From the NCBI GenBank assembly GCA_040285825.1, contig JAUPSS010000003.1, positions 496,001 to 560,000 on the forward strand: 64,000 nt of DNA. Reading direction: 5' to 3'. This DNA is from Eukaryota sp. TZLM1-RC (lineage: Eukaryota; Protista; Metamonada: BaSk clade). The notes under the pieces were generated by a model that saw only the letters and a program-made list of their open reading frames with translations, was not told the DNA's origin and did no database searches. The position numbers and the translations under genes were made by a program. The first letter of the stretch is position 1, and each line of letters starts with the position of its first letter. Below, piece by piece: positions 52,329-64,000 of the stretch.

Positions 52329-54590
52329 AAAATTCTGTTCTCAATGAATTAAAAGAACGACAAAAATCTAATGCTATGGAAGGAGCACAAGATCTCAAAA
52401 TGTGGGTTATTCTCCCAGTGTAGCAAATTTTAAGCATAAAAAATTTAATATGCTTTTCTATATCTAAAGAAGAAATTGAATCAAGTTCAATTTTCATTTT
52501 TTCCAAAATAACTTGCAATTCATTCTGAATTTGAGGCACATTTCCTAACCAACAACCAAGGAACTTAAAAGCATCACTACTATAATTAGTAAAAGGGACA
52601 ATAGAATCGTTTATCACGAGGTCTTGAGCAGAAGAGCCAATCAGAAGGCATTTGCTGGCATTAAGATGAAGCCCAATATTTTCATATGAATCGGCAATTT
52701 CTTGAGCAACCAATTCTAGTAAATCAAATGAACCAATCAAGGATATATCATCCATATAAGCAACTATTTTTATAGAAGGGTATTTTTGCTTAATGATATT
52801 TAAAGTTTTGTGAATAGCTAAACAAAACAATAATGGACCTAAAGGGTCACCTTGCTTCACACCAGAAGATGATTTAAGAGCAAATGAATTAAAAATTAAA
52901 TCTGATTCTTTACCATAAAAATGGTAGAAAAAAACTCGATAGCTCAGGAAAATCAGATTTAATAACTTCAAAAATTGCTTCTCGCTTTACAGAATTAAAA
53001 GCATTTTTAAAGTCGAGATTAAAAATAAAATTATTTTCCTCTGCATTAAAAAAGGTATCAGAGGCAATAGCAGCAACAGAAGCACCATCAATTGTTTTGA
53101 TTCCAAATTGATGAGGATTTAAAAATGTAGAAGCTTTGTCTTTGACACGATCGAAGACAATTGATGCCAGCAAACGAGAAAGAGATTCACCAACAGCAAT
53201 TGGGCGTATTCCATCAGGTTTGATTCCGTTTCCAGGCTTTACTAAAGCAATCAGACGTGCCGCGAGCAATTCAAATGGAGGATTTATTTTCAAAACAATT
53301 AATTGTTGAAAATAGTGGGCTAGATCATCAGCAATTTCGGGAGCACTGGAACACGCTATTTTTAAGAGATCAAAAGAAATTCCAGATGGGCCTGCTGCTT
53401 TCCCCTTAGGTAATTTTTGAATAGCTTTAAGAACCTCAAATGCAGTAATAGGATTTTCAATCCAAAAAGGACACACTTCAGGCTTGCTGCACTTGAAATT
53501 TTCTTGAGGATGCAACTTTTGGAGTTTTTCAAGGGTATCAGAGTTTACATCAGCCAAAGAAGAGGAAAACAAAGACTGCTTTGCGGCACCATAACGACCA
53601 CGTAAGCACAATTTTCGGCAAATTTTTGATTTTACAATTTTTCTATTTCCAAATTTTTTCTTAAAACAATTTTTGTTTTTTCTAGCAAAATATTTCCAGA
53701 AGGATGAAATATTCCACTTATTATTTTTCAATTCAGAAGTAAAATTTCTCATTTCCATTGAGAAGGGGATTGTGCTGGCGGGACTTATTTCTACTGGGAT
53801 CCGGATCGGGGGTCTTACGGTATCAACGGCTTTACAATTCGTACAAAACAGAAGTTTTCGACCATTTCGTGAATCTGCAACATCTTTTTTGCAAAATGGA
53901 CAACAAAAATTACTGTTTTCAGAAGGGGAAGAAGAGGGAACACTAGAAGCATTTAACTGTTGATCGTCAGAAACATTATTTTCAGCACCTTTCACAACGG
54001 CAACAGCTGGAACAGAACATTTGAGAATTTGTTGAGCAGATTTTAATTCAAATTCTCTTTTTTGTTTCTCAGGGCACGTTCTCGAATTATGACCACTGAT
54101 ACCACAAATCGAACATTTTTTAGCACCTTTTAATGGCAGTGGTTTCGTTTTTTCAGTTCTTTCAATTTTGTCAATTTTTGAGTTAAAAGTAGAAATAGAC
54201 TTTTGACTTTTTGCAGTTTCAGCTGGAGAAAACAAATTTCGAGAAACGGAGTTGTTAATAGAACGCGCAACAGAACGCAAGGAACGTAATGGAGGTTTTT
54301 CTGTGTTTTTTCTGGTACAGTGATCAGTTTTTGAATGAAAATTTTTTTGAGATGAATTTCGAGCATAGCTTGTATTGTGGGGAGAGTGGGGAAGTGGAGT
54401 GGATGAGCTTGATCTGACTGATAGAATCTTTGCTTGGGCGTTCCAATCAGTATCAGAGTCACTATCAGCCAAAGGCATCGTTTTGACAGAGAAACAGTAC
54501 GACTTTGACGCCTTGACAGAAAGTGAAATATGAAAGGGTTGACTAAGGGAGGGAGAAAAAAAAAGCTTTGAATTCAAGAGCACTTACAGG
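52329..54590 (-). mobile_element. 5' part of the CRE-like retrotransposon (zinc knuckle + reverse transcriptase), one frameshift, 3'-truncated
   Basis: ATG 54478; CSICGISGHNSRTC knuckle; CPFC/CTNC; KAAGPSG, RPIAVGE, QFG, DFKNAFNS; frameshift near 52930; GVKQGDPLGPLLF, YMDD. 52329-52697 is nearly identical to 29167-29534. Confidence 0.95.
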
Positions 54591-54599
54591 ATTAAGTTT

Positions 54600-54750
54600 T
54601 GTTCTTTGAACCAAAGTATCATTTGCAACATTACAGGAGGCAAAGTCAACAACAGCTTCAGAGTTCTCAATCCCATCAGAGTATACATCACCTCTGTCAT
54701 CAGAACCGAAATTATTCAATGACAGAGTTTCCTTCAGCCCCTCATTTCTG
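54600..54750 (-). mobile_element. RLE-region fragment of another retrotransposon subfamily
   Basis: Similar to 58715-58830 (gaaccaaagt...tgcaacatt.cagga...cagagtt...tcagaacc); translates to DGIENSEAVVDFASCNVAND. Confidence 0.5.
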
Positions 54751-55439
54751 TTTGGAATATAAACAAAATGTTGTTGTCAAAACATTAATTTTGACGCTAC
54801 TGAACAATCTTTCTACATTATTGCAATGGGCTGAAAATATTGAAGCAATAAAGAAGCTTCATGACAAATCTCGGTGACCAAAGGAAGGTCAGTCCGAATT
54901 TTTGCACTGCTGCAGGGGTGAGCAGCGAGTTAAGTGCACAAGACCGAGTGAATACACGTGACACAGAGGGGGTGTCTGCCATGTAGTGAGACTAAAGAGC
55001 TCATCTATCAAATTTTACTATTGTCACCCAATTTTCGATTTCTGGCCTCACTTTTCCCTCACTTCAAAAACTAGGTTCTGGATATGTCACAACGGAACCT
55101 TGAATATACCTCCTTGTGCAACAAGGGTTACTCTCTCAATACTCTCTACTATTTTGGTCTCTTGTGTGGTTTTTATGGATTGTCCTTTTCTCATTCATTC
55201 TTATTTCCCTCATTTACCTTCTTTGCCGAGCCTTAGGATTCCCTCTGTACTCTTTCTGAGTGTTTTTCTACTCATTTTTGATTCTGTTTTACGTTATACT
55301 TGCATTTGGTTCCCTTAAAACAATTGTTGGACTCGTCCTAAAACCCACCACTCTCTTCCTATATACCCATTCCTCTCCGTCATCAGCTCCCTCACAATCC
55401 AACTTTTCTCTTCTTTTAGACTCTGTTAAAATGGTTGAT

Positions 55440-56135
55440 CAGAGCTGATCACATTGCCTCAATTACTTAAACCTTGGTGTAAGTTGTCTGTAAATTTAAA
55501 ATTACCAGAGATTTTTCACTTGTTATTTAATAAAAAATGTTTGGAATTGTTTCGGTCAAATTTCATTACCATTCCATATTAATGCTAAAAACTTGTTATT
55601 TCAGACTCTTACCTTTCTGTCCACGTCAATTGATGTCTTCTTCTCGACAGCTTTCTCTTTTGCGACAGTATTTAATTACTTCACTTCAAACAATTATTCA
55701 TTCAATAGTAAGTTCTTTGTCCTTTTTGTTTAAGGAATTAAGTTCCAACTTTGCAAAGCTCCCCTAATTTATTACTTTATTTGAATCAAATCAAAATCAA
55801 AATTTTGAATTAGTTTTTATTGCTAAAATGGTTTTCTTCCATTTGTATCAATAAATTGTTTCACTGAAATAAAAATTGATTTTTTATTGTTTTAAAGTTA
55901 TCTATTCAACGCATCATAATTTAAAACAATAACAACATATATGTTTTCTTTATTGAACTACAACACTTAATAAAATTAACTCAGAACTAATTCGACTAAA
56001 TTCACTCAAAAATCTTTTCATTGTTTTGTCTTGAACCAATTTTTGGAAATCATTCAAAAAAATTCCAGCTTCTACTGATAGTCTTCCGTTTATGGAGAAT
56101 GGAAAAGCAATAAAAACAAGTGGTCTGTCTCCATC
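55440..56135 (+). pseudogene. Partial local duplicate of the GCP4 3' region and downstream flank
   Basis: 55440-55762 matches 57409-57725 (with a frameshift); ~55770-56135 matches ~58130-58477; about 400 bp between them is deleted. Confidence 0.9.
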
Positions 56136-56318
56136 TGCTTTCCATTGGCCACAACAACCACTTTAGGAGAACAAAACAAACAAAACAGCTAATGTAGGTG
56201 TCATGTTGTACAACTAATCCCCGTGTACATTTTTAGTAATCAAAAAATTATTAAACATTCAACACCAAACAGTCCACTACAATAATTGCAGAAATATTGT
56301 TTTTTCAGTTTTATAACA

Positions 56319-58025
56319 ATGCAATCCGACACACTACTGTTGTTGTTGGGCCTCGAGACGCTGTCTTTCCCTCTTATAGAGTCATCAACTCAGTTTACTT
56401 GTAATTTACCAGCGTCGTCCTCATTTGAACTCTTTCTATTGGACGAAGCAGTGAATCTTGCGAATCAACGGCTTAAAATCAATCAGCAACTGACTTCAGA
56501 TCCCCCATTACTCTCCCTAGAACCTGTATTTTATAGCATTATTCACCAGTTATCAGAAATAGACACGGATCTCTCTTCGCGTACCTTTGAATCGCTCCCT
56601 CAACTATCCACCCTTTTTCCTTCTCTTTGTCAACTGTACACCTTTCTTTCATCCTTTCTCTCTCTTGTATTCTCTTTGCACGAAGACAAGCGCTCTCATT
56701 TATCATCCATTAGCACTTTTCTTTCACAGGCTTCCCGCTCTCGTCCAGATGAACCCTTCAATCTCTCGACTATAGCTTACTCTGCTTTCCTTTCTTCCTA
56801 TAGAAACATTTTATTTCTTTTTGTCTCCGGAAATTTTTCCGAATGTGAATTATTCAAGGAAACATTCTTAGACTTTGATCCCTCTTCAATAGGTACATTG
56901 TCTGATTGCAATCTTTATGAGGAATTTGTACCTGATTTTATGACGCTAGAGGTTGCCAAATCTATTGATTTCTCAGGAAAAGTCTTGCATATTCTCCAGA
57001 ATAATGATCTTTATGCCCCAATTGAGATTGAATTACTCTCTCAAAGGCTCAATCATATTTGGAATATCGAACCAGTCGAATTGGTCTCTCTTAAGTCAAG
57101 TTATTCAAGAAACTTGTTTACCGTAGTAAAAGATTCCAGAATGTTAGTCTCTAGCTTTCTCTGGTCAGGCTTAATTGATTCCAGTGCCTCAGTCAATGTG
57201 TTTAGCTTGCTTGGCCAATTAGGAAATGTCTGCTTTCATTTAAACAGCTCTTTTTCTTTGGATTTTATTGAGTTGTTCAGTCCTTTATTGTTTACAGTGC
57301 CTAAAGCAGAAACCCTGAAGAGAAAACTAAGCTATATTTGGTCAACGGTAGTCTCCGATCATTCGCTGAATTCTGATCTGTTCCAATTGACCTTTAGTGA
57401 CCAAGGAGCAGAGCTGATCACATTGCCTCAATTACTTAAACCTTGGTGTAAGTTGTCTATAAATTTAAAATTACCAGAGATTTTTCACTTGCTATTTAAT
57501 GAAAATTGTTTGGAATTGTTTCGGTCAAATTTCATTACCATATTAATGCTAAAAACTTGTTACTTCAGACTCTTACCTTTCTGTCCACGTCAATTGATGT
57601 CTTCTTCTCGACATCTTTCTCTTTTGCGACAGTATTTAATTACTTCACTTCAAACAATTATTCATTCAATAGTAGGTTCTTTGTCCTTTTTGTTTGAGGA
57701 TTTGAGTACAACTTTGCAAAGCTCCGCTGGTTTTGATGATGCAAGATTCTGTATCGACCAGTTTGTCAGTCGCTGTTCAGAACTTAGTTATAGTAAAGTG
57801 TCTTCAATCAGCAGTATCATTAATTCAGTAATGGAAATGAGTTTGAATTTTGTTTCAAAGTACCTTGAATCTAATGAAAGCATCTCCAATTCCGATCTTC
57901 TGGCTGATATTACGTCATTAAGAGATAGATTAGGTACTATTACAGGCATTTTTTCACGGCAGAATAGTCTGTTTTTGAAGCAATTATCATCTAAACTCTC
58001 ATATTTATTGGAAGATCGTGATTAA
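56319..58025 (+). CDS. TUBGCP4: Gamma-tubulin complex component, GCP4-like
   Basis: MQSDTLLLLLG, VPDFMTLEVAKSIDFSGK and PWCKLSINLKLPEIFHLLFNENCLELFRSNFITILMLK resemble the GRIP1/GRIP2 motifs of GCP4; size fits. Confidence 0.7.
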   Translation: MQSDTLLLLLGLETLSFPLIESSTQFTCNLPASSSFELFLLDEAVNLANQRLKINQQLTSDPPLLSLEPVFYSIIHQLSEIDTDLSSRTFESLPQLSTLFPSLCQLYTFLSSFLSLVFSLHEDKRSHLSSISTFLSQASRSRPDEPFNLSTIAYSAFLSSYRNILFLFVSGNFSECELFKETFLDFDPSSIGTLSDCNLYEEFVPDFMTLEVAKSIDFSGKVLHILQNNDLYAPIEIELLSQRLNHIWNIEPVELVSLKSSYSRNLFTVVKDSRMLVSSFLWSGLIDSSASVNVFSLLGQLGNVCFHLNSSFSLDFIELFSPLLFTVPKAETLKRKLSYIWSTVVSDHSLNSDLFQLTFSDQGAELITLPQLLKPWCKLSINLKLPEIFHLLFNENCLELFRSNFITILMLKTCYFRLLPFCPRQLMSSSRHLSLLRQYLITSLQTIIHSIVGSLSFLFEDLSTTLQSSAGFDDARFCIDQFVSRCSELSYSKVSSISSIINSVMEMSLNFVSKYLESNESISNSDLLADITSLRDRLGTITGIFSRQNSLFLKQLSSKLSYLLEDRD

Positions 58026-58559
58026 CCAAATCACCCCTTTTTAAAATTAATTTCTTGAATTAATTTTTACTTTTGTGTTTGTAAATTATTCGAATTTAGT
58101 TTTTTTCTGTTTGGTGGAAAAGAAATTGTTTATTTGAATCAAAATTTAAATTCTGAATTTGTATTTATTGATAAAATGGATTTCTTCCGTTTGCATCAAT
58201 AAATTTTTTCACTGAAATAAAAGTTGATTTTTTATTTTTAAAAGTTTTCTATTCAACGCATTATAATTTAAAACTCAACAACATATATGTTTTCTTTATT
58301 GAACTACAACACTTAATAAAATTAACTCAGGACTAATGGGACTAAATTGAATCAATAATCTCTTGATTGTTTTGTCCTGAACCCCTTTTTGGAAATCATT
58401 CAAAAAAGTTCCAGCTTCTGCTGATAGTATTCCGTTTATGGAAAATGGAAAAACATTAAAAACAAGTGGTCTGTCTCTATCAGCATTAGCTTCGTCGATA
58501 TCTTTGTAAATTTTCTATATGTTATAGTTGCTGATAAATAAGGTTAATAGATATCTCTG

Positions 58560-59700
58560 GATTTCACTTGATGACGTGGCACTCGTTGAAGAACGGGTTT
58601 CTTTATTAATAAACACTCTTTTCTCTCTTTACTTCTTTGGTATTTCTGCCTAATTGCATCATATGTTTCTCATTCCCATTAACTTCAAGAGCTTTGACAG
58701 GATTAAATATTTTTCATTGAACCAAAGTGTCATATGCAACATTGCAGGAGACTAAATCAACAATAATTTCAGAGTTATCAGGCCAATCACGATTAATATC
58801 TTCTCTATTATCAGAACCAAAGTTGTTCAAAAACAGTGTCTCTTAAAGCAACGGCTCCATTATACATGAAATTCTTGAATTTTTTGACATATTGAAGACA
58901 GTGTCCCTGGAAACAGAATACATCATGTAATGACGAGCGATAGGTTATGAATTTGGTACAATTTAAAGCATGACCTAAGGTGAGCTGTGGTGAATTAGAA
59001 CTAAAAAAATCTTTCAAGAAAAGTTGATCAATGGGGATATTCAGAGATATAATCTCCTTTTTGTTACAAAAGCTTCTTTAGTGGCACATAACCCAAACTT
59101 TTATGGCACTCAAGTTACAAATAGTGATGAATCTGATGACTTATGCTCACATACACCTTTCTCTAATACTAATGACTGAAGATCTTGATTCAAGTCAGCC
59201 AATCTGCATAAATGTTTATAAAGATCATCTTCCTACATTTTGGTTAGTCGGTTTTGTAATGTTCGAAGTGGGTATATTAAATTGAAATAATTTTTTTCAG
59301 GAATATTGCCATTGAATGATTGAGGAAAAGATCGATTACATTTTTCATTATCAGTTTTCAAAAAATTTTCCTTTGATAAAAAAAATAGTTGTACTTTGCG
59401 TTGTCACTAATAAACCTTTCCACTGTGCAAATCTTTCGTAAAACTCAAATATGACATTTCTGCATCCACCAATAAAGGCACATGAACTAAGTATATAGGC
59501 TTTAGTCCAACCTGAACCACCAATTTGTGAACTTAGATAAGCATGATTAGGAATTTGAAACATTTTACACCCCAACAGTTTAGACAAATCTTGAGCTGTG
59601 GTTGATTTTTATGTTGAATACAATTCTTCCAAACATTCCCAAGTTCAGTTTTCCCCAAATAATCTACCCCAAACAATATGCTATTGTGGATATAATTTTT
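58560..59700 (-). mobile_element. Degraded CRE-like retrotransposon (post-RT/RLE)
   Basis: AYLSSQIGGSGWTKAYILSSCAFIGGCRNVIFEF and HALNCTKFITYRSSLHD align to ORF 29246-30754. Confidence 0.75.
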
Positions 59701-59744
59701 CATTGCCCAACCTTTTGTTATGTCTCTTTCTGCTCGCCGCATCA

Positions 59745-59905
59745 ATTCAGATGCTTTGCTTTCTTTTGGATCTGACTATGAGAAAGTTGGAGCTAGTGTT
59801 TTTTTTGGAAGAGATGGATTTTTTTAGATGTTGATTTATAGATTTTTAATGAAAAATTTTTAGATGTTGATTTATAGGGTTTTAATAAAAAAATTAAAAA
59901 AATAC
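59745..59905 (+). mobile_element. 3' end of the CRE-like retrotransposon with tandemly duplicated terminus
   Basis: gatgctttgctttc...gagatggatttttttagatgttgatttatag; tttttagatgttgatttatag occurs twice, followed by aataaa and A-rich sequence. Confidence 0.75.
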
Positions 59906-60094
59906 ATACCTTAATCATGTGGTCTGTGACATATTACAGTATGAATGGAGATGATGTTATGACATCATTGTGACTGATTGAAGTAGAAGTGAGAAAATTG
60001 AAACTTGTTCATTATTTTGACTGGTTACCACACAGGTAAAAGTCTTAAGGCTGTATTGTGTCAGAATCATCAAACATGCTTTGATGATTTTCAA

Positions 60095-60459
60095 TCAAAC
60101 AATCAGGTTTTCCCTTTCATCTAGTATTGTTCTGTTATTATTCCCCATAGCAATCTCAGTCGATGCACGGGTATAGTATTCAACGAAGCAAGAACCGCAT
60201 GGTTTGAGTGATTTCTTGTTGAGTCCCATAATGGTACGTTTGATACGACCAGCACGAAAGAAAAGATCATGAATTTGCTCATCTGATGTGTAAAAAGAAA
60301 GATTTCCGACATAAAGAGTGGTAGTAGCTGCAAGCAAGGATTTTTTCTCTTCCTTGTTTTTACCAGTCTGACGTATTCTATAGTAGTACTTGTGTTTGAA
60401 AATCTCCGACCCAACGGCTGACATAAGTTGAGATTTGTGGTGTCAGAAGGCGTGACCAT
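60095..60459 (-). pseudogene. NCBP2: Truncated nuclear cap-binding protein subunit 2 (CBP20) copy
   Basis: TLYVGNLSFYTSDEQIHDLF...IMGLNK...CGSCFVEYY...LDER. Lacks the conserved DWDAGF/GRQYGRG C-terminus, has F>S in RNP1, and the upstream ATG 60459 is in another frame. Confidence 0.75.
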
Positions 60460-60776
60460 AGTGTTATTTGTAGGGAGAAGGTTCGTAGTAGAGTAAGTGA
60501 TGAAATGTTGTAAGTGATGAAATGAATTAAATTACGAATCTGGGGAATGATGACAACCCACCAAAATCCACTCACCAACTTTTTAACATGTAATTCTTGT
60601 CTGAAGAAAGAAAAATATTCGGAAAATAATCTTGAACGATATGTATCCTTAATAAACACTTATAACTAACTTTACTTTGAATTGACAACAATAACATTGA
60701 TTGACTTCAAAAATTTTCAATTTTAGGAAATAAATTTTCAATCATTTCTGACTGTTTCCGTTCTGTGTTGACTGCC

Positions 60777-62641
60777 ATGGATAACGTTCTACAAACTACA
60801 ACTGTGGGAGCGTCTGTCAACCAGTTCTTCGACTCAGAGGCACAAGAAGCTATGGAACGGCAGTTACAAGTTCTTGCTAGTATTGGAGTTCATGCTACTC
60901 ACCTAGCACAACTCTTTGTGCTCCAATACCCAGAACACTCTATGTGGCTTACTCAAAGCCAGTTCTGAAGCCTCTGTTTCGACTTTGTTTGCCAAAGTGA
61001 GCCTAAACAAAGGAGGCCATTTGACAACCATCCTTTGGTTTACCAAGCGCTGCAACACCTTGTTCAGCACTTTTGGCCCTGGCGACTGCTGAATAAAACC
61101 ACCTCAGCCGACGGTGGTAGATATTGGTGTCTTTCCACTCTTCTTGGCAGTCGAGCCATCCAACTGCGAGAAGCCTTTTGTCAGTTGCTTGCTGACGGTC
61201 CTATTGTCTGGAAACGCAATCTTTTCAAGAGCTGTGCTCAGTTTCTAAATTGCCCTTGGCCCAAGAAGTACGCCGACTGTGTTCTTCAAGAGATTCAGCC
61301 AGATGAGTCAATTCTACAATGGTATCAAGAAATACACTAGCATATCTTGGTCCATTGGCTCGTTGTAACAGCCAACGCCTTTATTGGTGGTGGTGAAAAT
61401 TTGTTCGAAAATTCAATAAGAAACGAACGATTTACCATCAATATGGAGTCTGCGGCAACAATCGTTCAATCTGGCTTGAACATTTCATCTATTTTAAAAA
61501 ATAACTGCCCTGATGTGATGAAAAGGCACGCTCTCTCCACTGTCCAGTTGGTCTCCATGCTTCTGCAGCTGTACTAAAGAAGCAGAAGCTTATTTCACAA
61601 AACTAACTGCAAACAAAGAGCTTCTGAACAACCCTTATCGGTTTTTTAATAAATCCAAAGTTATTAACTATACCATTTTTTCAAATGGTGATCCTTTGCG
61701 GTTTACGTTTACCCGGAAGGAAAGAAAAACTATTAATAAGTCAAGTGAAGCGGAATTTGAGCTTAGGCGAGGCTCTGGAAACTATGATTTTCATAACTCT
61801 GAAAGGAAGCGAAAATCCACTGTCCATAGAACACCAAATCCACAGAGAAGACCGTGGTTACCAGTGGAACAACAGCCCAATTACAGATCCTGATGAAAAT
61901 TTGTTTTTTGTAGCCATTGATCCCAACCACAGCAATCTTTGTGGTTGGACTGCTGGTTCTTTCCGAAATTCTACACCTGTTTTTGAACGTTCTGGACTGC
62001 TACTGAATCCAAAAGAACGAAGACTAAATCACCCTCCGCCTCTCACTCAAGCAACTCCTAACACTTATTACGCTCAGAGCTTTCAAGAGTATCTGATTGA
62101 AATAAGTTTACCTTATGTTCCTGAATCTGAGGAAGAGCCTGAATATTCTTCAATTATGTCTGGAAATTTGCAGCGTGCTGCAAGAAAAAAGTTGAGAAGA
62201 AATAAGTTTGATTTCTTCATACGAAGGCAAAAGAGAATAACTAGTTTTATTAACAAAATTAAACGCTTGTCTGAAGGAAGAAACACTATAGTTTGGTTCG
62301 GCAATGGCAGTGGTGGTCCATCTCGTCAATCTGTGAAATCCCCCCGAAAGGGATTTCTCAAACAAATCAAAAAACACTTTGAAAGCCTCAAAGTCGGGGA
62401 CGAGTTTATGGCCTCAGCAAAAGTGAATTGCTGTAAGGTCTTTCATAGAAAGATCTATCATGATGACGGAAGGGTAAATAACGCTAAGTTCGATTGCCTT
62501 CGATGTCAGACCAACTGGTCTAGGGACATCTCAGCCTCCAGAAACCAGCTAGAGATTGCAATTAGTTAGTATTTCACTGGTACTAGGCCAGAACCATTCA
62601 GAAGGCCAAGGCGTGTGAGACGTCTAAGGAGACAGCAGTAG
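60777..62641 (+). mobile_element. Fanzor1 family C, near full length, pseudogenised, no accessory domain
   Basis: N-terminal TTVGASVNQF...GVHATHLAQLFVL; RuvC-I FVAIDPN (61919); IVWFGNG; RuvC-II GDEFMAS; CLRC; RuvC-III WSRDISASRN; after an internal TAG, TGTRPEPFRR. Confidence 0.82.
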
Positions 62642-62715
62642 CTGTTTTAATCAACGTATTTCCAAGGTGTTTAGTGTATACTAACCCTTGGTGCTGAGAA
62701 GTTTACACAATTATG
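62630..62715 (+). ncRNA. Candidate Fanzor family C omega-RNA
   Basis: Hairpins ACAGC-AGTA-GCTGT (62632-62645) and CCAAGG..TTAGT-GTAT-ACTAA..CCTTGG (62662-62691) directly at the ORF 3' end. Confidence 0.45.
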
Positions 62716-62744
62716 AGGGATATTTATTCAATATTCACATTGTG

Positions 62745-63965
62745 TGAATTTTTTTATTCAACAGCGTTATGAAGATATTGGTCTCTCATTGAATATTTCC
62801 AAATGTTTGATTATTGGCCATGAACCAATTGATTTTTTCATTAATGATGTCAATGTCCCCTTTATCAATTATGATCAGTCTGGTTTTCGTTTTCTGGGTT
62901 GTTATCTCGGAAATATTGATGAAGTCAAAGGCCAACCTTCGACTCTGTTGACTCAATTTGGAAATGAATTAGAATCGATGGAAAATTTAAATATTGAGAA
63001 ACATTTGAATTTCTTTTTCCTAAAAATTTGTTGTTCTGGAAAATTTACTCATATTTTGAGATCAACATCACCATCAATTTCTTTGGAGTTTTGTCGAATT
63101 TTTAATGAACAAAGAACCAATTTTTTAGCAAAATTGTTGGAAATTGATGCATCTCAGTTACGAAGCCACATTTTTTGTAGTACAAATTTTAGTGGTGTTG
63201 ATTTTCATAAATCAAGCTACCTTTGTAAAGCTGCCTTTATTGTAGGTGGTAAAAATTCTATTTATGAATTTGTGAATCGTTTTCCTGAAAAAATTGATCT
63301 CATTGAAAATTGTGGCAGCTCTTATCTTGTTTCTTTGCAACAGGAAATTGAAACTCTTTCACCCAATATTTGGTCTAAATTTTTCCCCTCTGATATTGTA
63401 GAACTTCCTCCAAAAACCTTGCTCTCCTTACCACTGACTTTTGCAAAATTGCAGAAAAAATCATGGATGTTTTAGAATACTTGGATTATATTGTACGTCT
63501 TAGCTTGGCTAAAGAAAAAAATCCCGTTTTTGCGAACTTTTTGATTGATCTTGAAGACAGTTGCTCAAGTTGCCTAATCTCCCAAGTTCCCAACATTTAT
63601 GGCCTTCTACTTAATGATCACCAATGGACCACTGTAATGAGAATGAGATATTTTCTATGGCCTTGTTCATTGCCAAATGATTTAATTTGTCGCTGCAAGA
63701 GTGTTATTCAGATCAAACTGATGATTCCTTTGGTAAAAGAAGGGCAGATTTAGTAGCTCCAGGGATCGATGGTGTTCTCAATGTTGTAGATGTTGTCTCA
63801 GTTGATGTTTGCAAAAATTCTGCTGCTCGTTTAGTGTATTCCGCTGATTCGCCGTTATCTAACGCCGAAAAAAAAGAAAATAAAAAAATATGAAGAGAAC
63901 CTTTGGCACAGTTAGGTAGAGTGGAACATGTGAAATATCAGTTTGTGCCGTTTGCAATTTCTAAC
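62745..63965 (+). mobile_element. 5'-truncated, frameshifted CRE-like retrotransposon
   Basis: YEDIGLSLNISKC, FRFLGCYLGN, GKFTHILRS, NPVFANFL, RRADLVAPGIDGVLNVVDV. Confidence 0.88.
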
Positions 63966-64000
63966 TTTTAATTTATTGAATTTGCACACTTGATTAAATT

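Noticed and set aside
1-64000. Bacterial contamination (IS605 TnpB) or a CRISPR array
   Set aside because: The nucleases have Fanzor1-type motifs and are interleaved with eukaryotic genes; no repeat-spacer array, tRNA or rRNA was seen.

Overview
AT-rich, very compact eukaryotic nuclear DNA. BBS7, CCDC113 and GCP4 imply a flagellated cell. Genes are almost intron-free (the only introns found are 30-31 nt) and intergenic spacers are tiny, which suggests an intron-poor protist (inference). Host genes: a BEACH/WD40 protein running off the left edge, TRAPPC10-like, RPA2, a coiled-coil protein, PDK1, LMW-PTP, PBDC1, Rab11, BBS7, an alpha/beta hydrolase, a CBM20 protein, a zf-UBP sirtuin, CK2beta, RRP4, CCDC113, a compact RNAi-type RdRP and GCP4. 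Between them lie islands of decayed mobile DNA: at least four families of Fanzor1 (eukaryotic TnpB-like RNA-guided nuclease), a MULE transposase and many pieces of a CRE-like RT-RLE non-LTR retrotransposon. The main finding is that two Fanzor families carry in-frame N-terminal accessory enzymes. Family A reads [2A-like DVEANPGP]-NLS-[PolB-type DEDDy 3'-5' exonuclease]-Fanzor1, next to a divergent MULE transposase. Family B reads [Ulp1/C48 cysteine protease]-Fanzor1. Copy-to-copy comparison defines structured right ends (omega-RNA candidates). The four right ends that can be mapped this way sit 17-56 bp upstream of, and co-oriented with, the ATG of a housekeeping gene. Every Fanzor copy here is disrupted, so the architectures are consensus reconstructions made by eye and need computational confirmation.
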